The notes below the pieces were generated by a model, which saw only the letters and a program-made list of their open reading frames with translations, was not told where the DNA came from and did not search any database. A stretch of DNA of 64,000 nt from Eledone cirrhosa (taxonomy: Eukaryota): the NCBI GenBank assembly GCA_964016885.1, contig OZ024740.1, forward strand, positions 397,606,001-397,670,000, written 5' to 3'. The position numbers were made by a program, and so were the translations under genes. Below are positions 39,898 to 54,205 of this stretch, in pieces (positions within the stretch are counted from its first letter, which is position 1; each line of letters starts with the position of its first letter).

Positions 39898-41973
39898 CTG
39901 AGAAAAAAAAAAAGAAACAGATTACAAGACTTAATATTATTTTGAAAAGTTATAATAATGTAAAATGGCTAACAACTAAAGTAAAAATAAAAGTAGAACA
40001 GTAGAATACATTTCAGATGATACTTCAACTTTTTACAACTGATTTTCATTGTTTAGTATTTTAATACTTATGTCACTTCATTCTTATGGCCATTCAAAAT
40101 TGAGTTTAGCTGTTTCACTCCAATAAACTATTTATCTTTCAAACATTATAAAAACAATCATTTCTTAAGCCACTCTATCTCTTCCTTTGCATTGGCCATC
40201 AGTATAGATTTGGTAAAGCTAGACCGTAGTAAAATAACAAAAGAGAAAAGGTTTCTGTTGTAAAAGCAAACATGCAAATAAAGGAAACAACAAAACCCAT
40301 GCTTCCACTAGAAACTACTGAGAGATCTTATCTATGAATTTTAACCATGATTAAATGAGCCAACTAAGGAGCCTTTTTGTGGTCTCTCAACCTGTTAGCA
40401 TCCATCACTTTCAAATCACTCACACCACTACCTTAAACAATGGAAAGACACACATTAGGTAATGTAGCCAGATGTCCCCACCACCACCACAAAAAAGGGT
40501 GTATTTATGACTAGATTGCCTTTGACCATAGACCAGCTAAATCAGGGTTGACTGGAATCTAAACGACTAATAAATTGGATTCTAACTTTGCTGTCATAAC
40601 ATTATCACAGTATACATTAATTGAGCATCTAATTCCACTATCACTTTAATTGTTACTCAAATTATTTTCTTCCTCTTACACTAATTTTTTTATACCAACA
40701 ACCTATTTTGCTGTTATTTCCAGTCACACTCACTCCTACAACCAGGTTAGACAATCAAGTCTCTTAACATCAACATATATTCACTACACACATCAAGGAA
40801 ACTAATTTACAGCAATGCAGCAATTTAATAATAGATTAAACATTTAAACATTTACCAAGTAAAAATATGCCTTACATTAAAAGATCTTAGACAATGCACT
40901 TATTATACATATTCTAGATTACATCCAAACAAAAGCTGTCTGGTCAATAGGCAAGCTTTCATTCACTGATAATCTACAATCACTCTTATCATATAGTGGA
41001 TATAACTCCCCCTCTTACTATAACCTATCTTCCACACAAACTTATTAAACATTTTCCCCAATATTTCTTCCAAGATTGCATCCCTTTAGAACTGCATATC
41101 TGGCCATGTTTTTCTTTTAGCAAAAAGTTATCTAGATTTCCCTCACCCACTCTTGTAAATTAAAATAAAAGAACACACTAACGAACAACAATAACGCAGA
41201 TCAAGACATGATACTGTAAATGAACAGGGCTAAAATACTTCATAGCTCAGAAAATGACACCCAATTTTCTGGTGTAGTTATTACTATATTCAGAATATAG
41301 TCTTTCCAGAAGATCGTGGATAGTAAAGTGGTGGTATGGAGGATAAAAATGTGTTTGTTCTTATTAAGTTCACGTGGTAGAATGCCTAATAAAAAAAATG
41401 TCATTGTGGTTCTGGCTCTTTACATTCTGAGCTCAACTTTGCATTTCATTCTTCTGTGGTTGATAAAATAAAAGTACTATCAAGTGCTGGAGTTGATTTA
41501 ATCAATTTTAACCCTTCTCTGAAATGTTCTGGCCTTGTGTCAAAATTAGGAATCAGTTTAAGGATGCTGGATTGGCATTGGTATTTAGTTATGAGTTTCT
41601 CGGTTCTAAGTTCCAATCCCACCAAGGTCAACTTTGCCTTTCAACTTTTCTGGATAGATAAAATAAAGTTAAGTACCAGCACGATATGATGAACTTTCCC
41701 CTTCTCCAAATTGCTGGTCTTGTGCCAATGTTAGAAAAAATGATTAAGTCCACTTCAAATTCAGTTAAAATTTGTTCCACCAAATTGAATCACTTATCAC
41801 CTCCCCTCCATTGTAAGGTTCATAGAAGTGCATGGTTCTTACATTAGAGGACATTATAAAGGTGTTCCCAGAGATTGTGGATTTGTGCCACAGTGACATA
41901 TGGTGTCATTGGAGAATCTGTATTTCCATTTATTCAGCTTATTTTGGTTCTGCCAATTTAGGTTCTCAGTCAA

Positions 41974-42171
41974 TTAACCCTTTAGCATTTACATTACTCT
42001 ATATTTACTATTATATTTTCAAAGTAAATGCTTTATCTCACATATTGAATCTATGAGATTTTGATATTTATTTTGAGAACAATACCTTAATATCAGTATG
42101 AGTGGCCAGTTACAGTCGGTTTGAACAGAAAGAGGTGAGAGAATTCTGGCCAGAATGCTAAAAAGGGTCAA
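41974..42171 (+). mobile_element. piggyBac-type MITE copy
   Basis: Family body and TIRs. Confidence 0.82.
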
Positions 42172-43903
42172 GGTATTTCCACTTTGTCCAGCTTGAACTT
42201 GGACATGAAGTAGCTATTCACTAACAATTAGTTTCCATTGCTTGCTGAGGCCACTAGTTGTCATAATTACACTATTGATATTTTTGTAATTATGTTTTGG
42301 AAATAACTGACCTTTTCTAATCGTTTGTATGCATAAGTGTGTTTCTCCATTGTTGCAAAATAAGTAACCTTTGAATCAAATGTTTATTTTTAATAGTTTT
42401 CATTCTTGAGCTGTATAAATTGTAGGATTATCTCAAACATTTCTAATTCATATTTTATGAATGTGCATTGTCTATCAAACACTCAAATTCCAACAAGATA
42501 AATAAATTGTATTTAGGTGATGGGTAAACAGTAAATAATACCAGAATATAGTATACATTGAAAGATTACTTAAATGTGACAGTCTTTCCAAGCAAAATTT
42601 GGTTGGCAAAATCAATACAAGAGAGCTTAACAACAACAAAAGCAAGTAAGTCTTTGTTTATTCATGTGTCCTACCTACTCTTTAATTTCTCAAGCCAAAC
42701 CAATGAAAGGCTGATTAGCTTCGTTGATTATTGTCATGTTAATAATGTGGATGTTGTGTGTTCAATCTCCATGCTGGATAGCTTTTAATTTTCTTCTTTC
42801 TCTTTATTATCTTGGTGCACACATTTGCTGTATATACTCGAATATAAGCCAACCATCTATTTTATGTCTGAGAAATAGACAAAAATCCAAACCCTGTGTA
42901 TAACCGAGGCAGCTAATCAACATTATGTTTAGATGGCAGGGTTTTGAAATTTTCAAAAGTGAAGAATATATTTATTAAGTTTTAATATTTTGATATTTAA
43001 AATGTTTAAGTGTTGTTTAGAGAATGGTTTTTGTTTCACAACTCCATTATGTAATGATTTTTAACTAATTTTCGACTGTTTTGAAGGCCATAATCATTCA
43101 AAACACAAAAACAATTCCAGCTTCTCCGCCCACTTATTCCTGCAACGGTCATGGGGAAGAGTCTTCAAACACTCCTTCCAGCAGGTCCTGTCAGAAGTAA
43201 CCATCTCCAATTGAACTGGCTGAATCCCCAAGCAAGAGCAACCAAGCTCATGGATGTTATCCAACCATCTTGCTCAGGGTCTACTCAAGGGTATCATACC
43301 GAATGATTTTGTACATTAAATCTGTCCAGTCTTTCTTTCCATAATATCAGAGATTGATCTCTCAATTCATAGTGGCTCTACCTGGAGTTACACACTATCG
43401 AGTGATGTTACTTCAAAGACCCTTCAGAGGAACCCCATTTCGGCTGCTTCTCCAAAGTGAAACCAGAGCAATATTTACCTAAAAAATGAAACTGATGTAA
43501 TATTCATCTCCAAAGTGAAACCAATATAATATTTATGCTCAAAGCAAAAATATTTTAACATCTCATTTACATAGCAAAACATTGTCATTGAATATATGCC
43601 AATCTCTATTCTACCATCAACTTTTTTTATCACATATCTCTCATCTTATATACAATTATATACAGTAATTTATGAGTTTGATTACTGTCCAGATAAATTT
43701 ATGTAAACAAAGTAAGCTTTAACCTTTACTTGAAACATTAAACTAAATATACTTGTATTAAATTTCTGGTGAACTGTTTTATTTTTTTAAATATATTAAC
43801 TACTTGAAAACAAAGGCTGTAATCTGTACATTTCTAAATATTTGTCTGTGTGTATGTCTCATCTTTCTCAATGCTTTAAGCATTTCTTTCTGCTCATCAT
43901 GCT

Positions 43904-44121
43904 TTAACCCTTTTATGTTCAAACCGGCCAGAATTCTCTGTCTCTTTCTGTTGAAACTGGGTGTAACTGGTCGCTCAAACTAATGTTAAGGTATTCTTCT
44001 CAAAATATATACTTTCAAAATCTCATAGATTCGATATTATGTGAGATAATTATGCGAGGTAAAGCCTTTACCATGAAAATATAATAGTATATATAGAGTA
44101 ATGTGAATGTTAAAGGGTTAA
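43904..44121 (-). mobile_element. piggyBac-type MITE copy (inverted)
   Basis: TTAA at both ends. Confidence 0.82.
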
Positions 44122-44923
44122 TCTCACCTCCATCTTTCTTTTGTATATAGCTATTACTTGCTTCTCCTACCAACAATGCTGAATCAAAATGTATTACTTC
44201 TCTACCTATTCTATTAAATCTTACTTCTAGTCTCTTTATTCTCCCTCTCTCTTTCATTCTATCTCGCTACTATTCTCTCAGTTAATCTTAAATCTTTTGG
44301 TTATATGATATCTTCTATAACTTGAGTTAAATACTCAGTGTTCATATTGGCAAATCTGTCAGTGCTCATATCTCTTTCTTTTATCTTGCAATTGTTTTTT
44401 TATTTGAAGTTACATATGTTATTGCCAAACACAAATGAGCTCTGAAAGAAACAAAAAAAACAAAAACAAAAAAAACCCTTTTATTTATTCCTAGCCAACT
44501 TTATGTAGGGGTGTTCAAGAGTAATTAATGAAAAACTATAGACATTCCATGATTTCAGTGCAATAAATACTAGCAGTCGCTCTTGAACAAACAGCAATTT
44601 AAATCAAGCAATGTGTAATGTAAAATTGAACTTTATATTTACTCAAGCATTTATTCTGGCCCCACCCTCCAACCATGTGACTATTTATAGATATTTTAAA
44701 CCCTAAAGGGATGCAACACACCCATCACTATAGCGTTTTACCAGCCCCTTCCTTCTGCTGTTTGTATCTGTTTATGTATTTACGTGTAGATCCCGTCCAG
44801 ACCCATGCTAGCGTTAAACGATGATGATGATATGTGTGTGTATAACGTACGTTATAAATGGACGACTAAATGATTTTAACTTGTTTTTTAACAATTGATG
44901 GTGGGAAAAGATTTTGAATTGTC

Positions 44924-45128
44924 TTAACCCTTTAATGTTCAAACCGGCCAGAATTCTCTGCCTCTTTCTGTTGAAACTGGCTGTAACTGTTCGATCAAAC
45001 TGATGTTAAGGTATTGTTCTCAAAATAAATACTTTCAAAATCTCATAGATTCGATATTATGCGAGATAAAGCTTTTACCATGAAAATATAATAATATATA
45101 TAGAGTAATGTGAATGCTAAAGGGTTAA
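44924..45128 (-). mobile_element. piggyBac-type MITE copy (inverted)
   Basis: TTAA at both ends. Confidence 0.82.
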
Positions 45129-45719
45129 CTGGGGCCGCAACTCATGGTGTCTGTCACTCTTACCGGCTACATAGCCTGTTCCATTTTAAACACGTCTTGG
45201 CTGAACTTACACTTCTCCAGGATGTGACAAGTTGAGTTAAACTGCTAGTGTCTGTCAATAAGATTTCATATATTGCATAGTAATACAACATAGATGAGTT
45301 AGGTTAACCATTTCAAAACAAATATACTGGTAGGTTCTTTTTTTATTTAATTTCTTAACAGCACCGTGTAAGTTAGTCTCTCTTGAGCCGAGATGTTCAT
45401 CCAACAGAAGCTTATAAAGGTTTCACGAAGAGGGGAAAGCTGTCCACCATAAAGTTCATCTGCAAGTGTTGGTGCTTATATTTTCAATTGAGTTGACTGA
45501 AGCAATATGAAATGAAGGACACAATTCTGGGGATCGAACTCACAACATTTCTTTATTGATTTTTAAGGTGTTCCTCTTGTTACCATTTAGGTTAGCTGTT
45601 ATATTTTAAGGTTTTGTTGTTGTTTACACATTGTTTTTTAAGACGTCTATTCTGTTCTGTATTTGGTTGACTATGAATGATATTGTGCGAATCATATTCA
45701 GCGCCAGAGGAAGCCTCCA

Positions 45720-45915
45720 ACGCAATGCTTAACTTGCTAGAGATAGTAGCCAAATGTCCGTCAATAAAACACATTACTATCTTAAAACAGGAAAATAGCA
45801 CGCTGGCTAATGTAGTTTTAGATAATGTACCGGGTAAAAAGTCGTGATGGTCACGACAGGAACGCTTTTAATCATAGGTTTGCTCAATCAGAGCTGAGAT
45901 TAAACTAAACAATTG
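45720..45915 (+). repeat. Ancient ~200-bp interspersed repeat (TGCTAGA.ATA.CAGCCAAAT...TGCTCAATCAG); other copies at ~425-590, 23560-23740, 30480-30630, 37900-38080, 40385-40570, 50540-50670(-)
   Basis: Diverged but colinear motif blocks at seven loci; class not identified. Confidence 0.65.
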
Positions 45916-45949
45916 CTGGGGGAAAATTAAAAAGAAAACATTGTATTAC

Positions 45950-46043
45950 CTTCTCGCATTTTTTGTTCTAGTTCATCTAATGTTGGTTCAATAAGCTCCC
46001 AGCCTTCAGGAGGCGACTTTTTACTCCTTCTTACTTTAGGCAT
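45950..46043 (-). CDS. BUD31: BUD31 coding exon 1 ([31 protein letters not shown])
   Basis: ATG at 46043, 94 nt, G/GTAAT donor; [11 protein letters not shown] motif. Confidence 0.97.
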
Positions 46044-46585
46044 AGTTGTTTTATCTTCTGTATATTTTAATAATCTCTACCACTGTTATTACGCCATAAA
46101 AACAAATAAAGATTTAACTAAGAAGCCCAATTGGCCGGAAGTAGTGTCAAGTCACGTTCTCACGCAACTTCTACAAGTTTTTGTTTTCTTAAATACCTAC
46201 CAACATGTTAAAGCATTTATATATACTATAACTTACGAATTCAACCATACTTATTTATTGAACTGAGAGAATTTTTTTCTGATTGTATAAATATAGATAA
46301 ATAATACATATAAATCTATTTATATTTATAGATCTACCATGCGTCTGTAAAGTCTTCGCTGATTAATAATATAAGGGAGCATTCATTGTGACGAAAAAAA
46401 ACACGTTTCGCTTTCAACAATTTTTATAAAAACTTCTCATACAAACAGTTGACGCTCCCCAATTGAGTGGCGCTTTCCTCACGACTCGTCCCCGTTTACT
46501 ATACCAAAGTACACGAATTTCATTTGTAAACTACACACCATAAAAAAAAGTAAAAAAACATCGTCAAAACTAAACATTTATCAGG
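46044..46585. promoter_or_regulatory. Bidirectional promoter/5' UTRs between BUD31 and PDAP1
   Basis: Divergent ATGs 542 bp apart; CCAATTGG (46127-46134) abutting the ETS/GABP-type CCGGAAGT (46135-46142); CpG retained. Confidence 0.75.
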
Positions 46586-46595
46586 ATGCCTAGAG
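46586..46595 (+). CDS. PDAP1: PDAP1 coding exon 1 (MPR+G, 10 coding nt)
   Basis: ATG CCT AGA G/GTAAG; phase 1 matches exon 2; MP(K/R)G start typical of the family. Confidence 0.8.
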
Positions 46596-47129
46596 GTAAG
46601 GTTAGAATATCATTTCTTTGCTTACGAATAATTTTCTATTTAACTTGAATTCGTTTCGACTTTCGTTTTAAGTTATAGATTTTCTGTACTAAAAGCAAGC
46701 AACCAGTTTTTTCATTTATACGATGCCAACTCACTTAGCATTAAAATGTTAGAAATAATTGGTTAGTTTGTAGTATGATTGCAATGATTTATTTTCTTCA
46801 GATTTTTTTTTCTATATATTTCATTTTATTTAACCTACATTTTTTCTTAGAATTTTGTGTACTCTAATTTTAATTCTTCGAAAAGTTGTCTCCGTTTTAA
46901 TGTATTTAACATAGACATACTGTTTTAATTATTTATATTGAAATCTATAACGAAATACAATTATATTTTGAACATTGAAATGAAGTTATAACAGCCAGAA
47001 AATATACAAAGTATCACAACTTGCGTTACATTTTATTGTAATGTGATCCATTAAGTAAATTTGATTTCAAGTATTAAACTTATCTTGGATATGTAAACAT
47101 TTCCCTGTTTTAAAGTAAATTATCCCCAG

Positions 47130-47168
<39 letters not shown>

Positions 47169-48239
47169 GTATGACAAATTTATAACATTGTTTACTATTG
47201 ATTCATAATCGTTAATATAGTCGCTTTTATTTCTAAGTACCTTTAATATATAAAATAATATTTTCAAGTTGTTAGATCAATTGTCGATTAACTAGTATTA
47301 TCATTTTAGTTTTAGAAATGCATACAGGCTTTATAACAGAAACCGTCACAAATGATGTGGAAGCAAAGGTTACCAATTACTATTTTGGTAATTAAGAACT
47401 TGTATTCGAGACATTGCTAACAATTTTGTGATCAATACTTTCACCTATGTTATAATTTTGAGGATTATATTCTTTAGAAAATAAGTCATGCTACTGTGCA
47501 AATTCACCATAGTTTTAATGTATATTCCATATTTTAACTATTAAAATTGTTTTTATACTAAGCACACGCTGTTCTTGAATGTTTAAATTTTATTTTTAGG
47601 TATTTTTTTATATTGTAGTAGTATTAAAATCATTCAAATAAAGTATTTTAGAACATTTTTATGAACGGCTCTCTACGAATTTGGTAAAATAGTGAAATCT
47701 ATTACCCAGTCAAACCTAAAATTTGGACTCTCGCCTATATTTTATGATGATGAAATAGTTTCATTGTGAGTTATTTAGTTCTTTGGTTGATTATCTTCCC
47801 TTGATGGACGTCGAAAGAAAGATCGCTTCAAAAATCATTCTCGATCTCCTTCCACCGCTCAAACACAAAACGTGTTGAACATGCTCTATGGAAGATTGTT
47901 GTTGATTTTCCTCAAGCTTCAACAGAATGTAACTTCGAAAAAAAAATTGATCGTGTGTGTGTATGTAATTGTGGGTTGTACTTTGTCAAGTAATTTGATT
48001 TCCAACCGTCTGTTGAAACTAAAACAATCAAATCGCAGAAGAGTCAATTTAACAATTAAAAAAGAAAAATACACTAAAACTGAAATTCATTTTACATTTA
48101 TCATTTCCTTATGCGACGAAAATGTTGGCCCCCAGGTAATAAATGATAAATGTAATGTGATTTATTTTGTGTATGTATGTGTGTGTGTGTTTAATGGCTA
48201 TAATGACTCTTCTAAATGCTGTGCCACGATAAACTGCAT

Positions 48240-50070
48240 TACACTGTAAATTGGTTGTGCTGGTGCCAAGATATGACGTACCCAGTACACTTTAGAAAGT
48301 GGCTGGCATGAGGAAAGGTATACAGCTGTAGGTATCTTGCCAAAAAACAGTTTATGCGCAAAACGTCAACCCACCCACCTGTCCAGTCAAGGATTGTGAA
48401 AATCTGCTTCGGCCGGATGGCAGCAACAGGTAAAAGAGTTAAATATATATGAATCAAAGAGGGGACTATCTATCTAGGGCGGGTAAAATTCCCGATATCC
48501 ATTGACGAGTTCTCTCCAGTGGTCTCTGTCTCTCATTATTGCTGCCATAAGCTGTAACAAAGGTAACCCATTTAGCAGAGCAGTTACTCTGAATTAAAAC
48601 TGTTTCAGAATAGAGAGGACTCTTAAGTCCTGACAACCTCTCTAGTGCTGGTGGCATAAATAAATAGCACCCAGTCAGAAATATGCCAAAACAATATAAC
48701 TGTCACAACATACAGTATTAAAGAGTGTGGGAGTGTTGCATCAGCCAAAGTCCTCATGGGCAAACATTATGGTAGGAAATGATAATGGGACAGGGGGAGT
48801 AGGCATTTTACTAGCTGAAAAGTGGATAGATAAAATAATTGAGAGTAAATGACAGAAAGACTTTCTATGGGGGCTTCTTACAGATGACCAAGGCCTCAAC
48901 AACCTGGCAGGTGACTTCAATGGGCATATTGGTCAGCACTAGATGGTTACACTGGACTACAATCGCTCTAAAAATGAAGAGGGATCAACGCTCCTAGAAT
49001 TCAGTGGTGTAGATAACCTAACTATTTACAACACTAACTTAGGGAAATCAGGCAAGCTTGCAAGTCTGATTAACTTCACGTTCGTTGAAATATGAGATAG
49101 ACAAATGGTTATGAACACTAAATCTTCTCCCAGAAAAGAATGAACCACCCAACAGCAATTAGTTATTAGTGACAGCAGAATAAAAAATGCAGGGAAATCT
49201 GCAGAAAGCAGGTACGGAAGCTAAAGGGCCTCACTGTTAAATATAAGTTTCGAAAAGTCTTACGTGACCCATATGACAAGAAAGAGAAGAAGATGGGTAT
49301 ATATGATAATGAGCACAAGTAGAAATTTCTATGGGACAAGACTGGAAAATTAGGGGTGGCAACATGAATATTAAGTAGCTAAAAGAGAAGCTGGACAATA
49401 AGTTTACATAGCATGTAGAGAAACAGAAAGTAAGTTGTTTCCAATGTTCTGTGGTGTGTTCTATATTGTGAAGCAATGTGTCAGTGTGGATGTCATTAGG
49501 AAGAAGTGTGTTTGAAATGAATCTGACACACTTAACCTCACTGATGCTCAGAAGAAAGAGGTCTAGATATACTATGAGAGGTTGATGTATATGATGAATG
49601 AGTGGAAGGAAGAGGGACTACCCTTAATAGACTCAATAGAAACAGACAGTTATAGAGTCAAAGAAGTAGCCAAAGTGAAAAATGATTAAAACTGCTGGAT
49701 CAGCAGGGATAGACACTGAACTTCCAATATTATCTGGGAAAGCAGGAGTTGAACTAGTCATCCACATAGTCAATCAAGTAATGTATAATGGTCTCATAAC
49801 TAATGACTGGCATAGCAGTACAATCATTAGTTGTTATAATGGAAAATGTGATGCTCTAGAAAAGAGAAACTACAGATGCATAAAACTGATGAATCAAATT
49901 ATGAAAGTGACATAAAGAGTGTTAGCACAACTAATTAATGAGACAACTACAAAAGAAGATCCTAGCTAAGTGTGAGGAGCTACTATACTTAAATTTGGTA
50001 GATCTGAAAAAGGCTTCTGAGAGAGTACCATGATCTGTTATCTGGTGGTCCTTAAGGAAATAGTGTAGAA
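48240..50070 (+). mobile_element. Old degenerate RTE-clade LINE relic (5' module, EN and start of RT)
   Basis: Remnants of LAEKW, GDFNGH, CY.GK.DAL..NYR.IKL and DLKK; many stops and deletions. Confidence 0.75.
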
Positions 50071-51644
50071 TTTGTAATAAATTAGAAGATTGTAAATTCA
50101 TGAGATTAGATAGGAAAACAAGAAAATTAATTAAATCCTTTATAATACATTACCCTAAAGCAGATATTGATAGGTTATCCACTGGCAGAAAAGGATTCTT
50201 GTAATTAAAAAAACTATTGTGTTTATGCAAACTCTACATGTGCTAAGTAAGATGAAATAACAGTGGATTGATACAAACTGTTTTCAAATAGATTATTCTC
50301 CATTCTCTAGAAAGCTAGTAAATATAGTAGATTGCAGTAAGGGAAGAGTAAAAAAATATTTTAAAATTCAGAAATATTTAAATTTTAACGAATGCTTTGG
50401 AGAATATGCTAAGCCAATGTTGAAAAACTCTTTTGCATGAGCAATACCATGAATTTTTATTTTACTAATTATTGTTGATGTAAAATATAACTGCACATGA
50501 CCCACTGTGTTAAAATGTTTTGTTTAGATTTAGGCCAGCTCTCATCCATTTTTCATTCATAATGTATCTATTACTACATTATCTAACGTGCCCTTCTAGT
50601 TTTAGATGATAGTGATTGCCTTAAAAGAGATTTGGATGCTATTCCTAGTAGGTGAAATGGCTTGTTAGGATCACAAGTTTGATGACCAGTGAAGTGGTTG
50701 ATAGTTTTTGAGAATCAGGAGACACCCGCTGGTTTCCTGAACTGAGCTATCTATGTAGATAGCTCACTCGATCCATTTTTACTTAAATAAAAAATTAATT
50801 GACTTTTCTTTCATTATGTTTGCACAGGGGTCTGGGTATTTTCCAATATCACATGGTGCCAATTATCATGATCTTTTTTCATCTTCAGTTCAGTTTTTTC
50901 TTGGCATTCTTGATAAAAAGCTTTGTGTAATTTCCAGAACAGTACAAAGGGATCTGTTATCCAAGAGTTTGGTTGGAGAGTGGTGACTATTAAAGAAATG
51001 GTGAAGTTGATACCAGATGAAAAAAAGCTATATACCAGGCAAAGAACTTAATGTAGCTGTATCTGAGATGAAGCAAATAAGTTGATATCTATTTGATAAC
51101 AATAAGAAAAATATACTTTTGTTCTGAAAAGACAAAATCTGTAAGCACCTGTAAGAGAGCAGAAATCTGAAAGTTGAACATGTGATCCTTTCAAATTGTG
51201 AAGGCGTGTGGCTTAGTGGTTAGAGTCGGATTCGCAATTGTGAGGTTGTGAGCTTGATTTTCTGACCAACCAGGTGATGCGTTGTGTCCTTGAGCAAAAC
51301 ACTTTATTTCACGTTGCTCCTTCTGCCAGGAGTTGTGACTAGTAGATAGTATCTGCAATGGAAACATTGTTTCCTTGGTCCGATTTGACAAGGTCCACCC
51401 CTCTCAGCAAGTGAATGAGGTCTGGGATCTTGTCAATCGATTAAAAGAAAAATTCTTAAATGAAGCAAATCTTGCAATTAGAACCTAAAAGGCTATTAAA
51501 TGATTGATGTCAATATAAAACTGAACCTGCAGTATGTTTCAACATGTTGTTTTTAGCCCCAGTTCCCTGTTGCAAGCATTCAGACCAGACCCCAGGTTTC
51601 TAACCCACTTAGAGCTGCAGGTATTCAGTTGGGAATCAGTCGCA

Positions 51645-52261
51645 TTCATCATCATCATCATCACCGTTTTACGTCCGTTCTTCCACGCTAGCATGGGTTA
51701 GACGGGTTGTCCTGTTGTGGGCAGTGTCTGGTCGGCTGACCATGCCTTGCTCATACAGGAACTGATCTGGCTTGATTTCTACAGCTGGATGCCCTTCCTA
51801 ACACCAACCTCATTTACAGTGAGTGCTGGGTGCTTTTTCGTGGCGCCTACACGTCCACTTTACAGTGTGGGCTGGGTGCTTTTTTGCCGTGGCACCTCCA
51901 CGGCCACCTTGCGGTGGAGGGGGGGGGGCATATTGTTTATATGCTTCAGCATGTACCCATGGGAGGTCGGGTACCCTGTATTACTGCGTGACGCCAGAAG
52001 TCACGGTCGTGTGTCATTGACTTTGAGAGGTGTAGTTGGGTAAGGTCGGCTTTTATCACCTCATCCCAAGTCATCTTGGGTCTCCCCACTCCGCGGTTTC
52101 CATCAACTTCTAGTGCTCTGCACCTTTTTATGCAGCTGTCATCCTTCATACGCATCACATGTCCATACCAGCGTAACCGCCTCTCCTGCACGCAGCATTT
52201 GATTCCTCTTATGCTCAGTCTCTCTCTCAATTCATTTATGCTTTGTCGTTCACGTATATTC
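51645..52261 (-). mobile_element. RTE subfamily B 3' fragment
   Basis: Near-identical to 34960-35530; RLRWYGHVMR motif; (CAT)n at 51645. Confidence 0.9.
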
Positions 52262-52828
52262 AGAAAAACCACAGCTCCATTTTGTTGTAGATCATACTGT
52301 GTACTCTGACATGCACTAGGATCTACACTGTTTCTGTATATCTGCATGTTCTGGTGGTGGTCAAATCATGCAGTTGCTCTTCTGCAGCTATCTCTGGTAG
52401 TGTGTAGCCCAGTACACCGTTTGTGGTTAATGAACTTATTGGTATTGATGTTATTTTTGTGCTGTTGTATTACTGAATAGTTTTGATATGATTCTACATA
52501 TAGTGGAAGAGACTGATGGTTGGAGCCAATTTATTTTTTAATTTGTCAGGTAAAGCACTAGGTTAAATAGAAAGGATTTTGTGTGCAGTTGAAATAAATC
52601 AAAGAATATTTGCTGAGTTCATGAACCGGTTGAAACTAGTTCAATTATACTCTAAGGATTAAACATCACACAATCTTAATCCTTTTGCTTACAAATTTGT
52701 GATTGCATGCTTAGTTAGAAATGGTATAATTAAAATACATTTGATGCCTTATTCTATTTTTTAAACAAATATATTTTAACTTAAAGCTAATTGCAAAACA
52801 TGGTTTTGTTGTCATTTGTCCTCTTTAG

Positions 52829-52941
52829 GAGCTAGTACTGCTGGACGTGGCAAAAAAAGTCACAAAGGTCAGAGGCGAATGTTCACAAATGAAGAAGAAC
52901 TTGCTCAACAACATGAGGAGGAAAAGAAACGGGCTTGGAGG
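52829..52941 (+). CDS. PDAP1: PDAP1 (28 kDa heat- and acid-stable phosphoprotein) exon 2 (GASTAGRGKKSHKGQRRMFTNEEELAQQHEEEKKRAWR)
   Basis: ctctttAG / GTAAGT, 113 nt; HKG..R.FT..EE motif. Confidence 0.9.
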
Positions 52942-54205
52942 GTAAGTTTCAATTTGTAATTACATATTTTGATTTTGCAAAAATGAATTTGAACTAGATT
53001 GATGTTTACATGAAAGTGAATTTCTGTTATAAAAAAAATGTTAATCTATGATTTGAAGTTGAACATTTTTCTTTGATTAAATTAAGTCTAGGGTTAATAA
53101 GTATTTTTTGTATACTGAAGTGAAAGTTGTAGTAGATCAGATGTAGCTGTTACATTTTTTTAGTAGCTACCACAAAGTTAGGAGTATTTAATTAGTCTGA
53201 CTGAAAATGACCTGATGATGATAACAGTGAAAAGTAATTTTTTTCTGTCTGATTAAATGAAATACAGATTTTAGTTATATCCCTTTTACATTGCACTTAC
53301 GTTGACTCTGCCTTTTATTATTCTATAGTTGATATGAGTTCTGTTAATGTACTATAGTGAATTCTACTTTCCTACTTCCTTTGAAAAAAATGGCCTTGTG
53401 CCTAATGAAAAATGGAACAGTGAGTGCTAAGTTTCTGATGAGTTGGTTTTGATTACTGGTTAAATCCAATTTATGTCACTTAAGTCACTAATGCTCTTAA
53501 AGGTATCTTCTCTATAATTTTGTGGCATTGCTTACTTAACTACATAGTGGTGGATTTAATTGAAATATGAGAGATCCAGACCACTTGAATTACGGAATCT
53601 AGTTTAGTGTCTCCTTGGTGACACTAATTCAGTCGGTTTTATTCCATACCGATTACATAACTGTTTAGGTATTTTATTGTTTTTGTATCTTGATAAATAT
53701 TCTAACTTAAAAGATGTCCACATGGCTACTATTACTTTATTGTAATATTGCAAAAAAAGTTTTACTTTTTTTTATACCATTCATAGTTCATTCAATGAAG
53801 TGTTATTGATATTAATATTATTTATCAGACAAAATACTTGCATTATTTAGAAATTGACAGTATCGGTAGGCCATCAGACAACATGCTTCATGGCATAGAG
53901 TTATGGCCCTTTATGCTCTGAGTTCAAATCCTGCTGAGGTTAGCTTTGCCTTTCATCCTTGCAAGGTCATTAAAATAAAGCGCCAGTAATACACTGGGAA
54001 TCGATTTAATCGACTTTCCCCTTCCTTCCCCTCAAATTGCTGGCCTTGTGCCTAAAGTAGAAATCATTTAATTGTGACCCTTTATGTCCTGAGTTCAAAT
54101 TCAGTTGAGGTAAACTTCATCTTGCCGCCTTCTGGGGTCGATAGAATAAGGTATCTGTCAAGTACTGAAGTCAATTTAATCAACTACATTTTCTCAAACC
54201 ATTAT

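Noticed and set aside
42828-42915. Tc2/pogo-like terminal inverted repeat (CTGTATATACTCGAATATAAGCC)
   Set aside because: No partner end or transposase located; too little to call.
53214-53252. C/D-box snoRNA candidate (ATGATGA...CTGA) in PDAP1 intron 2
   Set aside because: Boxes are only ~35 nt apart, with no terminal stem or recognisable guide.
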